Below, in pieces: positions 26,449-38,182 of a DNA stretch of 64,000 bases. Where the stretch lies: the NCBI GenBank assembly GCA_017441295.1, contig JAFRYA010000012.1, forward strand, positions 13,714 to 77,713, given 5' to 3'. The stretch is from Lachnospiraceae bacterium. GTDB taxonomy: Bacteria > Bacillota > Clostridia > Lachnospirales > Lachnospiraceae. Below the pieces are notes generated by a model. The model worked only from the letters and a program-made list of their open reading frames with translations, did no database searches and was not told where the DNA came from. Position 1 is the first letter of the stretch; every line of letters starts with the position of its first letter. Both the position numbers and the translations under genes were made by a program.

Positions 26449-27093
26449 CTATTCTCCTAAAATTTGAACAATTGCTCCAAATACGTCCATCATGTCAACT
26501 GTTCCGTCAACATCCTTCAGCACGCCCTCTTTGGTGTAGTAGTCAATAAGCGGCTGTGTCTGCTCGTGATAAACATCCAGTCTCTTACGAACTGTCTCGG
26601 GCTTGTCGTCATCTCTAAGAATCAACTCGGAACCGCATTTATCACAAACGCCTTCCTTCTTAGGTGGAATGTTGACTATATGGTATGTAGCTCCGCATGT
26701 TACACATGCTCTTCTACCGCCCATTCTTTCGATGATATTCTCATCCGGAATATCAATGTTGATCGCGAAATCAACTTTTTCTCCTCTGGCTGCGAGAGCC
26801 TTGGTAAGTGCCTCTGCCTGAGGAATGGTTCTTGGGAAGCCGTCCAGAACGTATCCGTTCTTTGTGTCATCCCATGTGAGTCTGTCGACTACCAGATCAA
26901 CAACTAACTCGTCCGGAACCAGAAGACCTTTGTCCATGTACTCCTTAGCTTTCTTGCCAAGGTCGGTTCCTTCCTTAATGTTGGCTCTGAAAATATCTCC
27001 TGTTGAGATATGTGGAATGCTGTACTTCTCAGCTATCATTTTTGCCTGTGTGCCCTTGCCTGCACCAGGTGCGCCTAACATGATTATTTTCAT
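26449..27093 (-). CDS. adk: Adenylate kinase (zinc-lid type)
   Basis: [17 protein letters not shown]; lid CVTCG...CDKCG. Start set at the internal ATG at 27093. Confidence 0.95.
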   Translation of the reverse strand: MKIIMLGAPGAGKGTQAKMIAEKYSIPHISTGDIFRANIKEGTDLGKKAKEYMDKGLLVPDELVVDLVVDRLTWDDTKNGYVLDGFPRTIPQAEALTKALAARGEKVDFAINIDIPDENIIERMGGRRACVTCGATYHIVNIPPKKEGVCDKCGSELILRDDDKPETVRKRLDVYHEQTQPLIDYYTKEGVLKDVDGTVDMMDVFGAIVQILGE

Positions 27094-27159
27094 TGTCGTA
27101 CCTTTCATCAAACACACAACCAACATGTGCCGAATTGGCACATGCCGGTTGGATTTAAT

Positions 27160-28485
27160 TTACTCTTTAGCCAGAAATCCTGTGTAATTTCTTACCAGCA
27201 TCATGGACTCGATCTTCTTGGCAGTTTCAATGATAACACCTACAACGATGATCAGTGATGTGCCGGCGAAGGATAATGACGCTTTGAATACTCCTGATAC
27301 AATGATAGGAATAATCGCTACGATGATGAGTCCTACTGCGCCGATAAAGATGAGATATTTCAGTACTCTGGAGAAATACTCCTCGGTCGGCTTGCCCGGT
27401 CTGATGCCCGGAACAAATCCGCCCTGCTTCTTGATATTGTTTGATACCTCTGTAGGATTGAAAGTAATCTGTGTGTAGAAGTATGCAAAGAATATGATCA
27501 AAGCGATGTAAAGTAAAAGTCCCAGTGAATAAATCGGGTAAGATGGATTACACCAATATGTTGATGTAAAGAATCTTGTCCATGTGCCCGGGTTGTAATT
27601 CGTTGCAAAGTTTGCAATGATCACAGGGAACTGGAAAATGGATGAAGCGAAGATAATTGGGATAACGCCTGCTGTATTAACCTTAAGAGGAATATGTGAA
27701 GCGCTGCCGCCATATGATCTGCCGCCTGCAACCATCTTTCTGGAATACTGCACATTGATCCTGCGCTCGCCATCGTTCAGGTAAACGATGAAGGTGATGA
27801 CGAAGATTACCAGTGCAATGATGATGATCGCGCTTACGAAAGCCATACCAACGTTTGGTGCACCCTTTACGAACTGATCGTACAGATTTGAGAAATCTGC
27901 CGGCATTGTTGAAACAATGTTGATCAGCAGGATCAGGGAAATACCGTTTCCAACTCCTTTGTCGGTGATCTGCTCACCCATCCACATTACAAGCATAGCG
28001 CCTGCAGTGAGTACTAAAATACTGCAGATAACAGTCCATGTGTACATGCTGCCTGTCTTTGGTCCGTAGATACCCTGATTACCGAAACCGATGCTCATTG
28101 CAGTACTTTCGATAAGAGCCAGTGCCAAGGTCAGGTAACGTGTAATGTTTGCTATCTTCTGACGTCCGTCTTCTCCGTCTTTCTGCAGCTCTTCCAGTTT
28201 AGGAATAGCTATTGTGAGCAGCTGCATGATAATGGACGCTGTAATGTATACGGTGATATTCAGAGCAAATATTGACATGCTCGTGAATGATGAACCGGTC
28301 AATGCATTAAAGAATCCAAAACCTTCTGCGCTCAGCTTGCCAAGTACTTCGGCGATAACTGTCGGATCTGTACCCGGAACAGGAAGCTGACATCCAATTC
28401 TGACAATTATAAGCACAACAATCGTATAAATTAATCTCGTACGGATCTCTTTAATTTTGAATGCATTAATAATTGTTTTGAACAT
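27160..28485 (-). CDS. secY: Preprotein translocase subunit SecY
   Basis: 10-TM profile; position between rplO and adk. Confidence 0.96.
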   Translation of the reverse strand: MFKTIINAFKIKEIRTRLIYTIVVLIIVRIGCQLPVPGTDPTVIAEVLGKLSAEGFGFFNALTGSSFTSMSIFALNITVYITASIIMQLLTIAIPKLEELQKDGEDGRQKIANITRYLTLALALIESTAMSIGFGNQGIYGPKTGSMYTWTVICSILVLTAGAMLVMWMGEQITDKGVGNGISLILLINIVSTMPADFSNLYDQFVKGAPNVGMAFVSAIIIIALVIFVITFIVYLNDGERRINVQYSRKMVAGGRSYGGSASHIPLKVNTAGVIPIIFASSIFQFPVIIANFATNYNPGTWTRFFTSTYWCNPSYPIYSLGLLLYIALIIFFAYFYTQITFNPTEVSNNIKKQGGFVPGIRPGKPTEEYFSRVLKYLIFIGAVGLIIVAIIPIIVSGVFKASLSFAGTSLIIVVGVIIETAKKIESMMLVRNYTGFLAKE

Positions 28486-28925
28486 TATTCTACCTCGCAG
28501 GTGCCTCCTGCAGCTTCAATCTTAGCCTTTGCAGACTCGCTGAATGCTGTAGCCTTTACATTGAGTTTCTTTGTGAGGTTGCCGTTGCCGAGTACCTTTA
28601 CTCCGTCTTTAACAGCGCTGATTATTCCGCACTCAAGCAGGCTTTCTGCTGTAACAACTGCACCATCTTCTAATTTGTCCAAAGTTGATACGTTAACATA
28701 AGCGTATTCCTTGGTATTGACGTTTGTGAAGCCTCTCTTAGGGAGTCTTCTGAATAATGGCATCTGGCCGCCTTCGAATCCGATTCTCGGTGCTCCAGAA
28801 CGTGCCTTCTGACCTTTATGTCCTTTACCTGCTGTCTTGCCATTTCCTGAACCATGGCCGCGGCCACGACGGAAGTTGTCATTGTGCCTGGACCCTTCAG
28901 CAGGACGTAAATTAGATAAATTCAT
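28485..28925 (-). CDS. rplO: 50S ribosomal protein L15
   Basis: [12 protein letters not shown]...[23 protein letters not shown] lies before ATG 28925. Confidence 0.95.
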   Translation of the reverse strand: MNLSNLRPAEGSRHNDNFRRGRGHGSGNGKTAGKGHKGQKARSGAPRIGFEGGQMPLFRRLPKRGFTNVNTKEYAYVNVSTLDKLEDGAVVTAESLLECGIISAVKDGVKVLGNGNLTKKLNVKATAFSESAKAKIEAAGGTCEVE

Positions 28926-28938
28926 TTTTGACTCCTCC

Positions 28939-29124
28939 TTAAGCTTCCTCAACTTTTACTAAATGTCTTACATGCCAAATCATTCCGCGAACAGCTTCGT
29001 TGTCAGGCAGTGTCTTGGTCTGATGAAGTTTGTGAAGACCAAGTGCCTCAACAGTTGCTCTGTGCTTTGGAATAGCACTGATAGGAGATTTGACTAATGT
29101 TACTTTAAGAGTTTTCTCTGCCAT
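28939..29124 (-). CDS. rpmD: 50S ribosomal protein L30
   Basis: KVTLVKSPI...TVEALGL, 61 aa. Confidence 0.94.
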   Translation of the reverse strand: MAEKTLKVTLVKSPISAIPKHRATVEALGLHKLHQTKTLPDNEAVRGMIWHVRHLVKVEEA

Positions 29125-29139
29125 TTTATTTTCCTCCTA

Positions 29140-29655
29140 TTATGCTGTAACTTCTTCTACTGATTTGCCACGAAGGCGTGCTACTTCCTCAGGTGTCTTA
29201 AGCTGCTTAAGACCTTCGATAGTTGCGAGAACAACGTTCTGCTTATTGTTGGATCCTAAGGATTTGGTACGGATGTTCTTAACGCCTGCAAGCTCGAGTA
29301 CGTTACGTGCCGGGCCACCAGCGATAACACCAGTACCTTCAGGAGCTCTCTTTAATAATACAGATGCTCCGCCATATCCGCCGAGTACATCGTGCGGGAT
29401 GCTGTTAGCAGCATCAACAGGGACATTGATAAGTCTCTTCATGGCATCTTCTTTGCCTTTGCGGATTGCTTCAGGAATTTCAATGGCTTTGCCCAGGCCT
29501 ACGCCTACACGGCCTTTGCCATTTCCTACAACAACAAGTGCTGAGAATCTGAAGTTACGACCGCCCTTAACAACCTTTGTTACACGCTTGATAGTTACGA
29601 CCTTCTCTTCGAATTCAGGTGCTTCACCATTTGCGTGGAGTTCATCTTTTCTCAT
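29140..29655 (-). CDS. rpsE: 30S ribosomal protein S5
   Basis: [27 protein letters not shown]. Confidence 0.96.
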   Translation of the reverse strand: MRKDELHANGEAPEFEEKVVTIKRVTKVVKGGRNFRFSALVVVGNGKGRVGVGLGKAIEIPEAIRKGKEDAMKRLINVPVDAANSIPHDVLGGYGGASVLLKRAPEGTGVIAGGPARNVLELAGVKNIRTKSLGSNNKQNVVLATIEGLKQLKTPEEVARLRGKSVEEVTA

Positions 29656-29670
29656 TTGCGTATCCTCCTT

Positions 29671-30039
29671 CTAGAATTCTAAGCCAGCTTCTCTTGCTGC
29701 TTCAGCTAAGGCTTTAACTTTACCATGGTAAATATATCCGCCTCTGTCAAAAACTACTTCAGTGATACCTTTTTCTTTAGCTCTCTCAGCGATAACTTTG
29801 CCCAGGTATGCAGCTGCTGCTACATCGTTTGTCTTCTCTAATTCAGCCTTAACTTCTTTCTGAACTGTTGAAGCTGATACTAAAGTTGTATGGGTATCGT
29901 CATCAATGATCTGAGCGTACATATGCATATTGCTTCTGAACACTGCAAGACGTGGTCTTTCAGCTGTGCCTGCGAAGCGATTGCGTAATCTCATGTGTTT
30001 CTTTTCGCGAACCTGCGCTCTTGACTTTTTACTAATCAT
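29671..30039 (-). CDS. rplR: 50S ribosomal protein L18
   Basis: [20 protein letters not shown]...[27 protein letters not shown]. Confidence 0.96.
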   Translation of the reverse strand: MISKKSRAQVREKKHMRLRNRFAGTAERPRLAVFRSNMHMYAQIIDDDTHTTLVSASTVQKEVKAELEKTNDVAAAAYLGKVIAERAKEKGITEVVFDRGGYIYHGKVKALAEAAREAGLEF

Positions 30040-30056
30040 CTTCTTACACTCCTTTT

Positions 30057-30596
30057 TTATTTACCAGTCTTGCCAACTTTACGAATAATGTGCTCATTTT
30101 CGTATTTGATACCTTTGCCCTTGTATGGCTCAGGTGGTCTGAAACCTCTGATCTCAGCTGCGAGCTGACCAACCTTTTCCTTGTTGATGCCCTTAATGAT
30201 GATCTTTGTTGCATCAGGAACTTCGATTTCAAGTCCTTCAGGTGTCTCAACATTGATAGGGTGTGAATAACCAAGTGCCAGGTTCAGTGTCTTACCCTGC
30301 ATTGCAGCTTTGTAACCAACACCGGTGATGATAAGTGTCTTCTGGAAGCCATCTGTTACGCCAACAACCATGTTGTGCAGCAGGGCTCTTGTTAATCCGT
30401 GCAGTGACTTGTTCTTCTTTAAGTCATTTGGTCTGGATACAACAAGCTCAGCTCCCTCTAACTTAATTTCCATCTCGGCCGGAAGTACTCTGGTGAGTTC
30501 TCCCTTAGGTCCTTTTACAGTCACTTTATTATTTTCTGCTATATCTACAGTTACGCCTGCAGGTACAGCGATAGGCATTCTTCCAACTCGTGACAT
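30057..30596 (-). CDS. rplF: 50S ribosomal protein L6
   Basis: [20 protein letters not shown] 30596 follows AAAGGAGG. Confidence 0.95.
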   Translation of the reverse strand: MSRVGRMPIAVPAGVTVDIAENNKVTVKGPKGELTRVLPAEMEIKLEGAELVVSRPNDLKKNKSLHGLTRALLHNMVVGVTDGFQKTLIITGVGYKAAMQGKTLNLALGYSHPINVETPEGLEIEVPDATKIIIKGINKEKVGQLAAEIRGFRPPEPYKGKGIKYENEHIIRKVGKTGK

Positions 30597-30724
30597 GCCG
30601 TGTCCTCCTTTACTATTTACCGATCTGCTTTGTGGTGGTGTCACAAGCATTTACATCGGCTTATTATAATTTTGTTAGTGTTAACGCAAATGCTTCGCTT
30701 TGCTCCCGCATTTGCCCTCACTGT

Positions 30725-31129
30725 TTACCACACGTATGCTAATACTTCGCCGCCTACGTTAAGCTTTCTAGCTTCTTTGTCTGTGATAACTCCGTTATTA
30801 GTTGAGATAATCGCAACACCCAGTCCGCCCAGAACTCTTGGGAGTTCTTCTTTGCTGGCGTAAACACGAAGACCCGGTTTGGAGATTCTCTTAAGACCTG
30901 TCAGGATCTTCTCGTTCTTGTCTTTGCCATACTTAAGATCGATACGGATTACATCAAAGCCATTTTTGTCCTTTACGATGTTGTATGCTGCAATATATCC
31001 TTCATCTAATAATATTTTTGCAATCGCAAGCTTCATTTTAGATGACGGAACATCTACGGAGTCATGTTTAGCTGTATTTGCGTTACGGATTCTTGTAAGC
31101 ATATCAGCAATTGGATCGCTCATTGTCAT
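30725..31129 (-). CDS. rpsH: 30S ribosomal protein S8
   Basis: [15 protein letters not shown]. Confidence 0.97.
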   Translation of the reverse strand: MTMSDPIADMLTRIRNANTAKHDSVDVPSSKMKLAIAKILLDEGYIAAYNIVKDKNGFDVIRIDLKYGKDKNEKILTGLKRISKPGLRVYASKEELPRVLGGLGVAIISTNNGVITDKEARKLNVGGEVLAYVW

Positions 31130-31152
31130 AGTATTTTCCTCCTTCTAAAATC

Positions 31153-31338
31153 TTACCATGAAGCTTTCTTTACTCCAGGAATTTCTCCCTTGTATGCTAA
31201 TTCGCGGAAGCAAATTCTGCAGATGCCATATTTTCTGAGGTAAGCATGTGGACGTCCGCAAATTCTACATCTGTTGTATTCCTGTGTAGAGAACTTTGCT
31301 TTGCGCTGCTGTTTTACTTTCATAGCTGTTTTAGCCAT
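31153..31338 (-). CDS. rpsZ: 30S ribosomal protein S14 type Z (zinc-binding, 61 aa)
   Basis: [61 protein letters not shown]. Confidence 0.95.
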   Translation of the reverse strand: MAKTAMKVKQQRKAKFSTQEYNRCRICGRPHAYLRKYGICRICFRELAYKGEIPGVKKASW

Positions 31339-31351
31339 TGTAAATCCTCCT

Positions 31352-31891
31352 TTATTTCTCAAACGGCATATTGAACATTCTCAATAATTCACGGGCTTCT
31401 TCATCGGTCTTGGCAGTGGTAACGATAATGATATCCATGCCTCTTACCTTGTCGATCTTATCAAACTCGATCTCCGGGAAAATCAACTGTTCTTTGATGC
31501 CAAGTGCGTAGTTGCCTCTGCCGTCAAATGCGTTTGCGTTTACTCCTCTGAAGTCACGTACACGCGGCAGTGCCAGGTTGATGAGTCTGTCAAGGAAGTT
31601 ATACATCTTGTCGCCTCTTAAGGTTGTCTTGCATCCGATCTGCATGCCTTCACGAACCTTGAAGTTAGCAACTGACTTTTTAGCCTTTGTTGTAACAGCT
31701 TTCTGACCAGTGATGATCTGCATGTCGTTAACAGCTGCTTCGAGTGCCTTAGCATTCTCTTTAGCTTCGCCAACACCCATGTTGACTACGACCTTAGCGA
31801 TCTTTGGTACTTCCATAATGTTTTTGTATTCGAATTTCTTCATCATAGCCGGAACTATTTCTGAATCGTACATTTCTTTAAGTCTATTCAA
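31352..31891 (-). CDS. rplE: 50S ribosomal protein L5
   Basis: Conserved L5 sequence; operon position. Confidence 0.96.
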   Translation of the reverse strand: MNRLKEMYDSEIVPAMMKKFEYKNIMEVPKIAKVVVNMGVGEAKENAKALEAAVNDMQIITGQKAVTTKAKKSVANFKVREGMQIGCKTTLRGDKMYNFLDRLINLALPRVRDFRGVNANAFDGRGNYALGIKEQLIFPEIEFDKIDKVRGMDIIIVTTAKTDEEARELLRMFNMPFEK

Positions 31892-31913
31892 CTTACTCAG
31901 CCTCCTTCCTCAA

Positions 31914-32228
31914 TTAATCGATTGCTTCTTTTGTTGATTTCGCATAACGTACTTTCTTGCCGTTTTCGTCAACGTGGAAGCCGATTCTGGTAGGCTGTCC
32001 CTTATGAACGTACATTACGTTAGAAATATGGATTGGGCCTTCTACTGTAATGATTCCGCCTTCCTGGTTGTCCTTGTTAGGTTTGGAATGCTTCTTGATC
32101 ATGTTTACGCCTTCAACAATGAGTGTGCCGGCCTTAACGTTTACAGAGAGAACCTTTCCTTCTTTATCTTTGTCTCTTCCAGCGATAACCTTAACTGTAT
32201 CGCCCTTCTTAATCTTTAATGTTGCCAT
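31914..32228 (-). CDS. rplX: 50S ribosomal protein L24
   Basis: [23 protein letters not shown] (KOW motif). Confidence 0.96.
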   Translation of the reverse strand: MATLKIKKGDTVKVIAGRDKDKEGKVLSVNVKAGTLIVEGVNMIKKHSKPNKDNQEGGIITVEGPIHISNVMYVHKGQPTRIGFHVDENGKKVRYAKSTKEAID

Positions 32229-32239
32229 TATCGCACCTC

Positions 32240-32608
32240 CTACAGTACTTCAGGAGCTAAAGAAACGATCTTCATGAACTGTTTCTCTCTCAGCTCTCTG
32301 GCTACCGGCCCGAAGATACGTGTTCCCTGAGGAGTCTTATCTTCTTTGATGATTACGGCAGCATTCTCGTCAAACTTAATGTAAGATCCGTCTTTACGAC
32401 GTGCACCCTTCTTGGTGCGGACTACTACGGCCTTAACAACATCGCCCTTCTTAACTACGCCGCCAGGGGTGGCATCTTTAACTGTAGCAACGATGATGTC
32501 GCCAATGTTGGCATACTTTCTAGTAGAACCACCAAGAACTCTTATGCAAAGTATCTCTTTAGCGCCAGTGTTGTCAGCAACTCTAAGTCTACTTTCCTGT
32601 TGTATCAT
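32240..32608 (-). CDS. rplN: 50S ribosomal protein L14
   Basis: [18 protein letters not shown]. Confidence 0.97.
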   Translation of the reverse strand: MIQQESRLRVADNTGAKEILCIRVLGGSTRKYANIGDIIVATVKDATPGGVVKKGDVVKAVVVRTKKGARRKDGSYIKFDENAAVIIKEDKTPQGTRIFGPVARELREKQFMKIVSLAPEVL

Positions 32609-32625
32609 AACTGTTCTCCTTTCTA

Positions 32626-32880
32626 CTATTTAGCCTTCTCGATAATTTCAACCAGACGCCATCTCTTATCCTTGGAGAGAGGTCTTGTTTCCATTACTTT
32701 AACGGTATCGCCTGTATTGCATTCGTTATTCTCGTCATGTGCCTTTAATTTGTAGGTTCTCTTAACGATTTTCTTATATAAAGGATGCTTAACATTGTCT
32801 ACTACTGCAACAACGATGGTCTTGTCCATCTTATCGCTTACAACTTTACCCACGCGGGTTTTTCTTAAATTTCTTTCCAC
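32626..32880 (-). CDS. rpsQ: 30S ribosomal protein S17
   Basis: [19 protein letters not shown]. Confidence 0.96.
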   Translation of the reverse strand: MERNLRKTRVGKVVSDKMDKTIVVAVVDNVKHPLYKKIVKRTYKLKAHDENNECNTGDTVKVMETRPLSKDKRWRLVEIIEKAK

Positions 32881-32903
32881 AACAATATCCTCCTTCCTTC
32901 AAA

Positions 32904-33122
32904 TTACTCGGCAGCGTTAGTCTTCTGAGTGATGACTGTCTGAATCCTTGCAATATTGCGTCTAACTTCTTTGATTCTGCCGGTATTCTCCAGCTGGTTT
33001 GTTGCGTTCTGGAACCTCAAGTTGAAAAGCTCCTTCTTAGCTGCGGTAAGTTCGTTATTTAACTCTGCAACTGATTTAGTTTTTAAATCTTCTAAATATT
33101 TCTTAGTTTTCACTTGATTCAC
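32904..33122 (-). CDS. rpmC: 50S ribosomal protein L29
   Basis: [20 protein letters not shown]. The start is uncertain: GTG at 33122 or GTG at 33113. It overlaps the rplP 3' end. Confidence 0.9.
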   Translation of the reverse strand: MNQVKTKKYLEDLKTKSVAELNNELTAAKKELFNLRFQNATNQLENTGRIKEVRRNIARIQTVITQKTNAAE

Positions 33123-33540
33123 CGCCTTCCAGATCTGCCTTGGAAGCTATCTTGCACTTGATAGGTAATTTATGTGTTGCAAGACGCAGTGCTTCCTTTG
33201 CTGTGTTTTCAGGTACACCAGCGATTTCGAACATTACTCTGCCCGGTTTAACAACTGCAACCCAGTACTCAAGAGTACCTTTACCGGAACCCATACGTGT
33301 TTCAGCAGGTTTTGCTGTAACAGGCTTGTCAGGGAAGATCTTAATCCATACACGGCCGCCACGTTTTACGTATCTGGTCATAGCGACACGGGCTGCTTCG
33401 ATCTGATTTGATGTAATCCATCCCGGTTCTGTAGCAACGATACCGAACTCGCCGTATGCGATGGTGTTGCCTCTTAAGGCCTTGCCTCTCATAGAACCAC
33501 GGAACTGTTTACGATGTTTTGATCTCTTTGGCATTAACAT
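33103..33540 (-). CDS. rplP: 50S ribosomal protein L16
   Basis: [15 protein letters not shown]. Confidence 0.97.
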   Translation of the reverse strand: MLMPKRSKHRKQFRGSMRGKALRGNTIAYGEFGIVATEPGWITSNQIEAARVAMTRYVKRGGRVWIKIFPDKPVTAKPAETRMGSGKGTLEYWVAVVKPGRVMFEIAGVPENTAKEALRLATHKLPIKCKIASKADLEGGESSEN

Positions 33541-33542
33541 GA

Positions 33543-34202
33543 TTATTTATCGCTCCCTTCCTTACGTTCTTTTGTTGGAAGCACTTCACCTTTGTAAATC
33601 CAAACTTTAACGCCTACTTTACCATAGGTTGTGTCTGCTTCTGCAAATCCATAGTCGATATCAGCACGGAGTGTCTGCAGTGGAATAGTACCATCTGAGT
33701 AGAACTCTGTACGTGCCATATCTGCGCCGCCCAGGCGGCCTGATGCGCTGGTCTTGATACCCAGAGCGCCTGCCTTAAGGCTTCTTGACATTGCTGACTT
33801 CATAGCTCGTCTGAATGAAACACGGTTCTCGAGCTGCTGAGCGATGTTCTCTGCTACGAGCTGAGCGTCTTTATCAGATCTCTTAACTTCTACGATATCC
33901 AGTGCAACGTCCTTGCCGATTAATTTCTTAACCTGAGCCTTAACTTTCTCGATCTCGTTTCCGCCCTTACCGATAACTACGCCCGGCTTAGCTGCGAAAA
34001 CCTTAACTTTGATATTCTTGTTTGATGCTCTCTCGATCTCAATCTTTGAGATGCCGGCATTGTATAACTTATTCTTAAGGAATTTTCTGATCTGGTAATC
34101 TTCAACCAGGTTGTCTGCGAAATCTTCTTCTGCGTACCACATTGAATCCCAGTTCTTGATAACTCCTACTCTCAAACCATGAGGATTAACTTTTTGTCCC
34201 AT
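33543..34202 (-). CDS. rpsC: 30S ribosomal protein S3
   Basis: [13 protein letters not shown] (KH domain). Confidence 0.97.
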   Translation of the reverse strand: MGQKVNPHGLRVGVIKNWDSMWYAEEDFADNLVEDYQIRKFLKNKLYNAGISKIEIERASNKNIKVKVFAAKPGVVIGKGGNEIEKVKAQVKKLIGKDVALDIVEVKRSDKDAQLVAENIAQQLENRVSFRRAMKSAMSRSLKAGALGIKTSASGRLGGADMARTEFYSDGTIPLQTLRADIDYGFAEADTTYGKVGVKVWIYKGEVLPTKERKEGSDK

Positions 34203-34210
34203 ACTCCCTC

Positions 34211-34597
34211 CTATCTTTCGTCAAGCACGATAGTAATATTGCTTAAGCGATGCTCGATCCTGTAAGCTCTACCCTGTGCTCTCGGTCTAATTCTCTTCAT
34301 TGTCGGACCTTTGTCTGCGTAGCATTCTGCGATATAAAGGTCATCCGGATTCATACCATTATTGTTCTGTGCGTTAGCGATTGCTGACTTGAGCAGCTTC
34401 TCAATAATAGTTGCGCCGTATCTAGGGCTGTATGCAAGGATTCCAAGTGCCTCATCAACGTTTTTGCCTCTGATTCCATCAAGCACGAAGCATGCTTTCT
34501 GTACGGAAATTCTGGCAAGTGAGAGTTTTGCACTAGGTCTGTTATCCTTATTTGCATTTCTTTCTCTTTTAATCTGTGATCTGTGTCCTTTTGCCAT
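34211..34597 (-). CDS. rplV: 50S ribosomal protein L22
   Basis: Conserved L22 sequence; operon position. Confidence 0.95.
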   Translation of the reverse strand: MAKGHRSQIKRERNANKDNRPSAKLSLARISVQKACFVLDGIRGKNVDEALGILAYSPRYGATIIEKLLKSAIANAQNNNGMNPDDLYIAECYADKGPTMKRIRPRAQGRAYRIEHRLSNITIVLDER

Positions 34598-34623
34598 GGA
34601 TTAAACCTCCTTTCGAAATATGC

Positions 34624-34899
34624 TTATCTTGATTTCTTCTCGTCCTTACCATGTCCTCTGTAAGTTCTGGTTGCTACGAACTCGCCGAGCTTGTGGCCAA
34701 CCATATCTTCTGTAACATATACAGGAACATGTCTTCTGCCGTCATGAACTGCAATAGTGTGGCCTACCATAATCGGGAAGATTGTGGAACGGCGTGACCA
34801 GGTCTTAACTACCTGCTTGTCATCTTTTTCATTCAGTGCCTCTATTTTCTTCATGAGACTTTCGTCTGCGAATGGGCCTTTTTTAAGTGATCTTGCCAT
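34624..34899 (-). CDS. rpsS: 30S ribosomal protein S19
   Basis: [10 protein letters not shown]...[16 protein letters not shown]. Confidence 0.97.
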   Translation of the reverse strand: MARSLKKGPFADESLMKKIEALNEKDDKQVVKTWSRRSTIFPIMVGHTIAVHDGRRHVPVYVTEDMVGHKLGEFVATRTYRGHGKDEKKSR

Positions 34900-34909
34900 T
34901 GGTTCCTCC

Positions 34910-35752
34910 TTACTTCATGTTACGTCCATCTCTACGACGGATGATGAGTTTGTTAGACTGCTTGTTTTTCTTTCTGGTCTTTAAGCCCAGTGCCGGCTTG
35001 CCCCAAGGTGTGCTTGGACCCGGACGGCCGATACCAGTCTTGCCTTCACCACCACCATGTGGATGGTCGTTAGGGTTCATTACGGAACCACGTACTGTAG
35101 GTCTGATGCCCATGTTTCTGGTACGTCCTGCTTTACCAATATTTACCAGGTCATGCTCAACGTTTCCTACCTGACCGATTGTTGCTCTGCATCCCAGAGG
35201 AACGAGTCTCATTTCGCCTGAAGGAAGTCTTAAGGTTGCGTACTTGCCTTCTTTAGCAATCAGCTGTGCAGAGTTGCCTGCGCTTCTTACTAACTGTCCG
35301 CCTTTGCCCGGGTACAGCTCGATGTTGTGGATCTCTGTACCGATTGGAATATTCTCCAGTGGGAGGCAGTTGCCTACTCTTACTTCTGCTGTAGGTCCGT
35401 TCATGACTGTCATGCCGTCTGTCAGACCTAATGGAGCGATGATGTATGCCTTCTCGCCGTCAGCGTATTTGAGCAGTGCGATGTTGGCTGTTCTGTTCGG
35501 ATCGTATTCGATACCTGCTACTACTGCAGGAACTCCATCTTTTCTTCTCTTGAAATCAATGATTCTGTATTGTCTTCTAGTGCCGCCGCCATGATGTCTG
35601 ACGGTGATCTTGCCCTGATTGTTTCTGCCTGAGCTCTTCTTGTTAACCTCGAGGAGTGATCTTTCAGGTGTGTTCTTGGTGATCTCTTTCTTGTCAAGGG
35701 CAGTCATCTGCCTTCTAGAAGGTGTATATGGGTTAAATGTTTTAATGCCCAT
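34910..35752 (-). CDS. rplB: 50S ribosomal protein L2
   Basis: [16 protein letters not shown]...[13 protein letters not shown]. Confidence 0.97.
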   Translation of the reverse strand: MGIKTFNPYTPSRRQMTALDKKEITKNTPERSLLEVNKKSSGRNNQGKITVRHHGGGTRRQYRIIDFKRRKDGVPAVVAGIEYDPNRTANIALLKYADGEKAYIIAPLGLTDGMTVMNGPTAEVRVGNCLPLENIPIGTEIHNIELYPGKGGQLVRSAGNSAQLIAKEGKYATLRLPSGEMRLVPLGCRATIGQVGNVEHDLVNIGKAGRTRNMGIRPTVRGSVMNPNDHPHGGGEGKTGIGRPGPSTPWGKPALGLKTRKKNKQSNKLIIRRRDGRNMK

Positions 35753-35810
35753 TTCTGTCTCCTTTCAAATTACGTTTGTCATCACGCTTTTCTGCGTATA
35801 ATCGGGCCTC

Positions 35811-36110
35811 TTACAGTCCCTCGAAAATCTCGATGTCCTTGCTGTCAGCTGTCAGCTTAACAACTGCCTTCTTGCTTTCAGGAGCCTTGCCAACGATTCT
35901 GCCACGTCTTCTTACCTTTGGATGACGGTTCATAGTGTTGACGCTTTCAACCTTTGTGCCTGCGAACATCTTCTCAACAGCTTCTCTGATCTGGATCTTG
36001 GTAGCATCCACATGAACCAGGAATGTATATTTCTTGTCAGCCATCTGATTCATACTCTTCTCAGAAATAACCGGTTTAAGGATTACATCATAATATTTAA
36101 GATCTGCCAT
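35811..36110 (-). CDS. rplW: 50S ribosomal protein L23
   Basis: Conserved L23 sequence; operon position. Confidence 0.95.
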   Translation of the reverse strand: MADLKYYDVILKPVISEKSMNQMADKKYTFLVHVDATKIQIREAVEKMFAGTKVESVNTMNRHPKVRRRGRIVGKAPESKKAVVKLTADSKDIEIFEGL

Positions 36111-36730
36111 TATGCGTACACCTCCTCGATTGTCTTTAATGCTGCCTTGTCAATAACAATTGTGTCATACTTCAGAATATCGAATACATTAATTGTATTG
36201 GTAAGAGCTGTCTTTACGTCCGGAATGTTTCTTGTTGATAAGAAAACATTCTCATCATTCTCGTTAAGTACTACTAAAGCTTTCTTAACGTCCAGAGCCT
36301 TAAGAAGGTTAACCATTGTCTTGGTTCTTACTTCTTCGCACTTCAGTTCGTCGATAACGTAGAACTTCTCTTCGTTAACTCTTGAAGTTAAAGCGCCTTT
36401 AAGAGCGGCTCTCTTCTCTTTCTTGTTAAGTCTGATTTCATAATCACGTGGCTTCGGAGCGAAGATTACGCCGCCGCCTGTCCACTGTGCAGCCCTGATG
36501 GAACCCTGACGTGCATGTCCTGTTCCCTTCTGTCTCCAAGGCTTTCTGCCGCCGCCGGAAACTTCGCTGCGGGTCTTGGCACTCTGTGTGCCCTGACGCT
36601 TGTTAGCCAGCTGAGCAACAACTGCCTGATGTACGAGATGCTCTTTGATCTCAACACCGAAGATCTCGTCGTTTAATTCAACTTCGCCGACCTTAGCGCC
36701 TTCCATATTATAAACAGATACTTTTGACAT
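36110..36730 (-). CDS. rplD: 50S ribosomal protein L4
   Basis: SGGGRKPWRQKGTGHARQGS. Confidence 0.96.
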   Translation of the reverse strand: MSKVSVYNMEGAKVGEVELNDEIFGVEIKEHLVHQAVVAQLANKRQGTQSAKTRSEVSGGGRKPWRQKGTGHARQGSIRAAQWTGGGVIFAPKPRDYEIRLNKKEKRAALKGALTSRVNEEKFYVIDELKCEEVRTKTMVNLLKALDVKKALVVLNENDENVFLSTRNIPDVKTALTNTINVFDILKYDTIVIDKAALKTIEEVYA

Positions 36731-36753
36731 CTGAATTTCCTCCTTTCCAAATC

Positions 36754-37386
36754 CTACTGAGCTTTAACTGCGTTGCGAATCTCTACTAAAGCTTTTCTTG
36801 GTCCCGGAACTGCGCCCTTGACCAGGATCAGGTTATCTTCAGCATCAACTCTTACTACTTCAAGGTTTTGGACGGTAACTCTCTTTGCTCCCATATGGCC
36901 AGGCATATGTTTTCCCTTGAAAACTCTGCTCGGATCGGATGCTGAGCCGTTGGAACCTGCATGACGGTGATACTTGGAACCGTGCTTCATAGGTCCTCTG
37001 TGCTGACCGAATCTCTTGATGGCACCCTGGTAGCCTTTACCTTTTGAAATTGCACTGACATCAATCTTGTCACCAGCTTCAAAAATCTCTGCCTTGATCT
37101 CATCTTTAACTGAATACTCAGAAGCGTTGTCTAATCTGAATTCTCTAACGAATCTCTTATAAGGAATCTCAGCCTTATCGAATTTGCCTCTGTCCGGAGA
37201 GTTAACTAATGTTTCTCTCTTGTCCATAAAACCAACCTGGACTGCTTCGTAGCCGTCCTTCTCCATTGTCTTAACCTGTGTAACTACACATGGGCCTGCC
37301 TGGAGAACTGTGACCGGTGTGAGAACGCCGTCTTCATTGAAGATCTGAGTCATACCGATCTTTTGTGCTAAAATCGCTTTCTTCAT
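36754..37386 (-). CDS. rplC: 50S ribosomal protein L3
   Basis: [12 protein letters not shown]...[11 protein letters not shown]. Confidence 0.96.
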   Translation of the reverse strand: MKKAILAQKIGMTQIFNEDGVLTPVTVLQAGPCVVTQVKTMEKDGYEAVQVGFMDKRETLVNSPDRGKFDKAEIPYKRFVREFRLDNASEYSVKDEIKAEIFEAGDKIDVSAISKGKGYQGAIKRFGQHRGPMKHGSKYHRHAGSNGSASDPSRVFKGKHMPGHMGAKRVTVQNLEVVRVDAEDNLILVKGAVPGPRKALVEIRNAVKAQ

Positions 37387-37471
37387 TAATATTATCCTCC
37401 TGTTAAACTACAGCGGAACGTTAACCGTAATGTGATCCGTCATTAACGTTCATACTAGAACAGTTGCTGTC

Positions 37472-37789
37472 TTACTGCTCTTTCATTTTAAGGTTTACAT
37501 ATACACCGGCTGGAACGTCGAGCTTCTGCAGCGCTTCCATTGTCTTCTGTGTCGGTGCAATTACATCGATGAGCCTCTTGTGGGTCTTCTGCTCAAACTG
37601 CTCGCGGGAGTCCTTATATTTGTGAACAGCTCTTAAGATGGTAATAACTTCCTTTTTAGTAGGAAGAGGAACCGGGCCGCTCACCTGGGCACCTGTCTTC
37701 TTTACAGTCTCGATGATTTTCTGGGCTGACTGATCAATAAGTTTGTGATCATAAGCCTTAAGTGTAATTCTCATTACTTGATTTGCCAT
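37472..37789 (-). CDS. rpsJ: 30S ribosomal protein S10
   Basis: [16 protein letters not shown]. Confidence 0.97.
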   Translation of the reverse strand: MANQVMRITLKAYDHKLIDQSAQKIIETVKKTGAQVSGPVPLPTKKEVITILRAVHKYKDSREQFEQKTHKRLIDVIAPTQKTMEALQKLDVPAGVYVNLKMKEQ

Positions 37790-38071
37790 TAAAAAAGTCG
37801 CCTCCTATTTGTACTTTTTGGTCCGTACAACAAGTGGTGACTGTACACTCTCCCGTGTGTGTCACGCTTTTTCCTTAAAATAAATTGGCTCTGAGGCCAA
37901 TTTCCAGAAAACGCGCACCTCTCACGTCGTTTCCGCCTCACATGGCGGACAGTTGATTGTATACAGTGACTTGTCGCCAGTTTTTTACAACTTGACATTC
38001 GCTCCGCGGAATGACCTGCACAGCCTTTCGGCCCGCAGCAACCTCACGTTTCATAGCTATCATGTCACAGC
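37790..38071 (-). promoter_or_regulatory. Long (about 280 nt) structured 5' leader of the S10 operon, with an internal terminator-like hairpin
   Basis: Several hairpins read by eye. On the minus strand, aaattggc/ctcaga/gccaattt (37882-37903) is followed by ATTTTA. Confidence 0.45.
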
Positions 38072-38077
38072 GTCTGC

Positions 38078-38106
38078 TATTATATACGAGGGATTTTTAA
38101 AATGCA
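38078..38106 (-). promoter_or_regulatory. Sigma-A promoter of the S10-spc-alpha cluster
   Basis: The minus strand reads TTGCAT, 17 nt, TATAAT, with an A/T-rich UP-like region upstream (38107-38150). Confidence 0.65.
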
Positions 38107-38182
38107 AGAAAAATTTTAGAAAAATTGTAAGAAATTTTTATGCCGTTTTTGTGCATATTTTGGGCATCATATACAACTGCCC

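Noticed and set aside
37789-37998. 69-aa ORF (MSSCKKLATSHCIQSTV...) inside the S10 leader
   Set aside because: It has no RBS, an Arg/Cys-rich improbable composition, and lies within a region better explained as structured 5' UTR.
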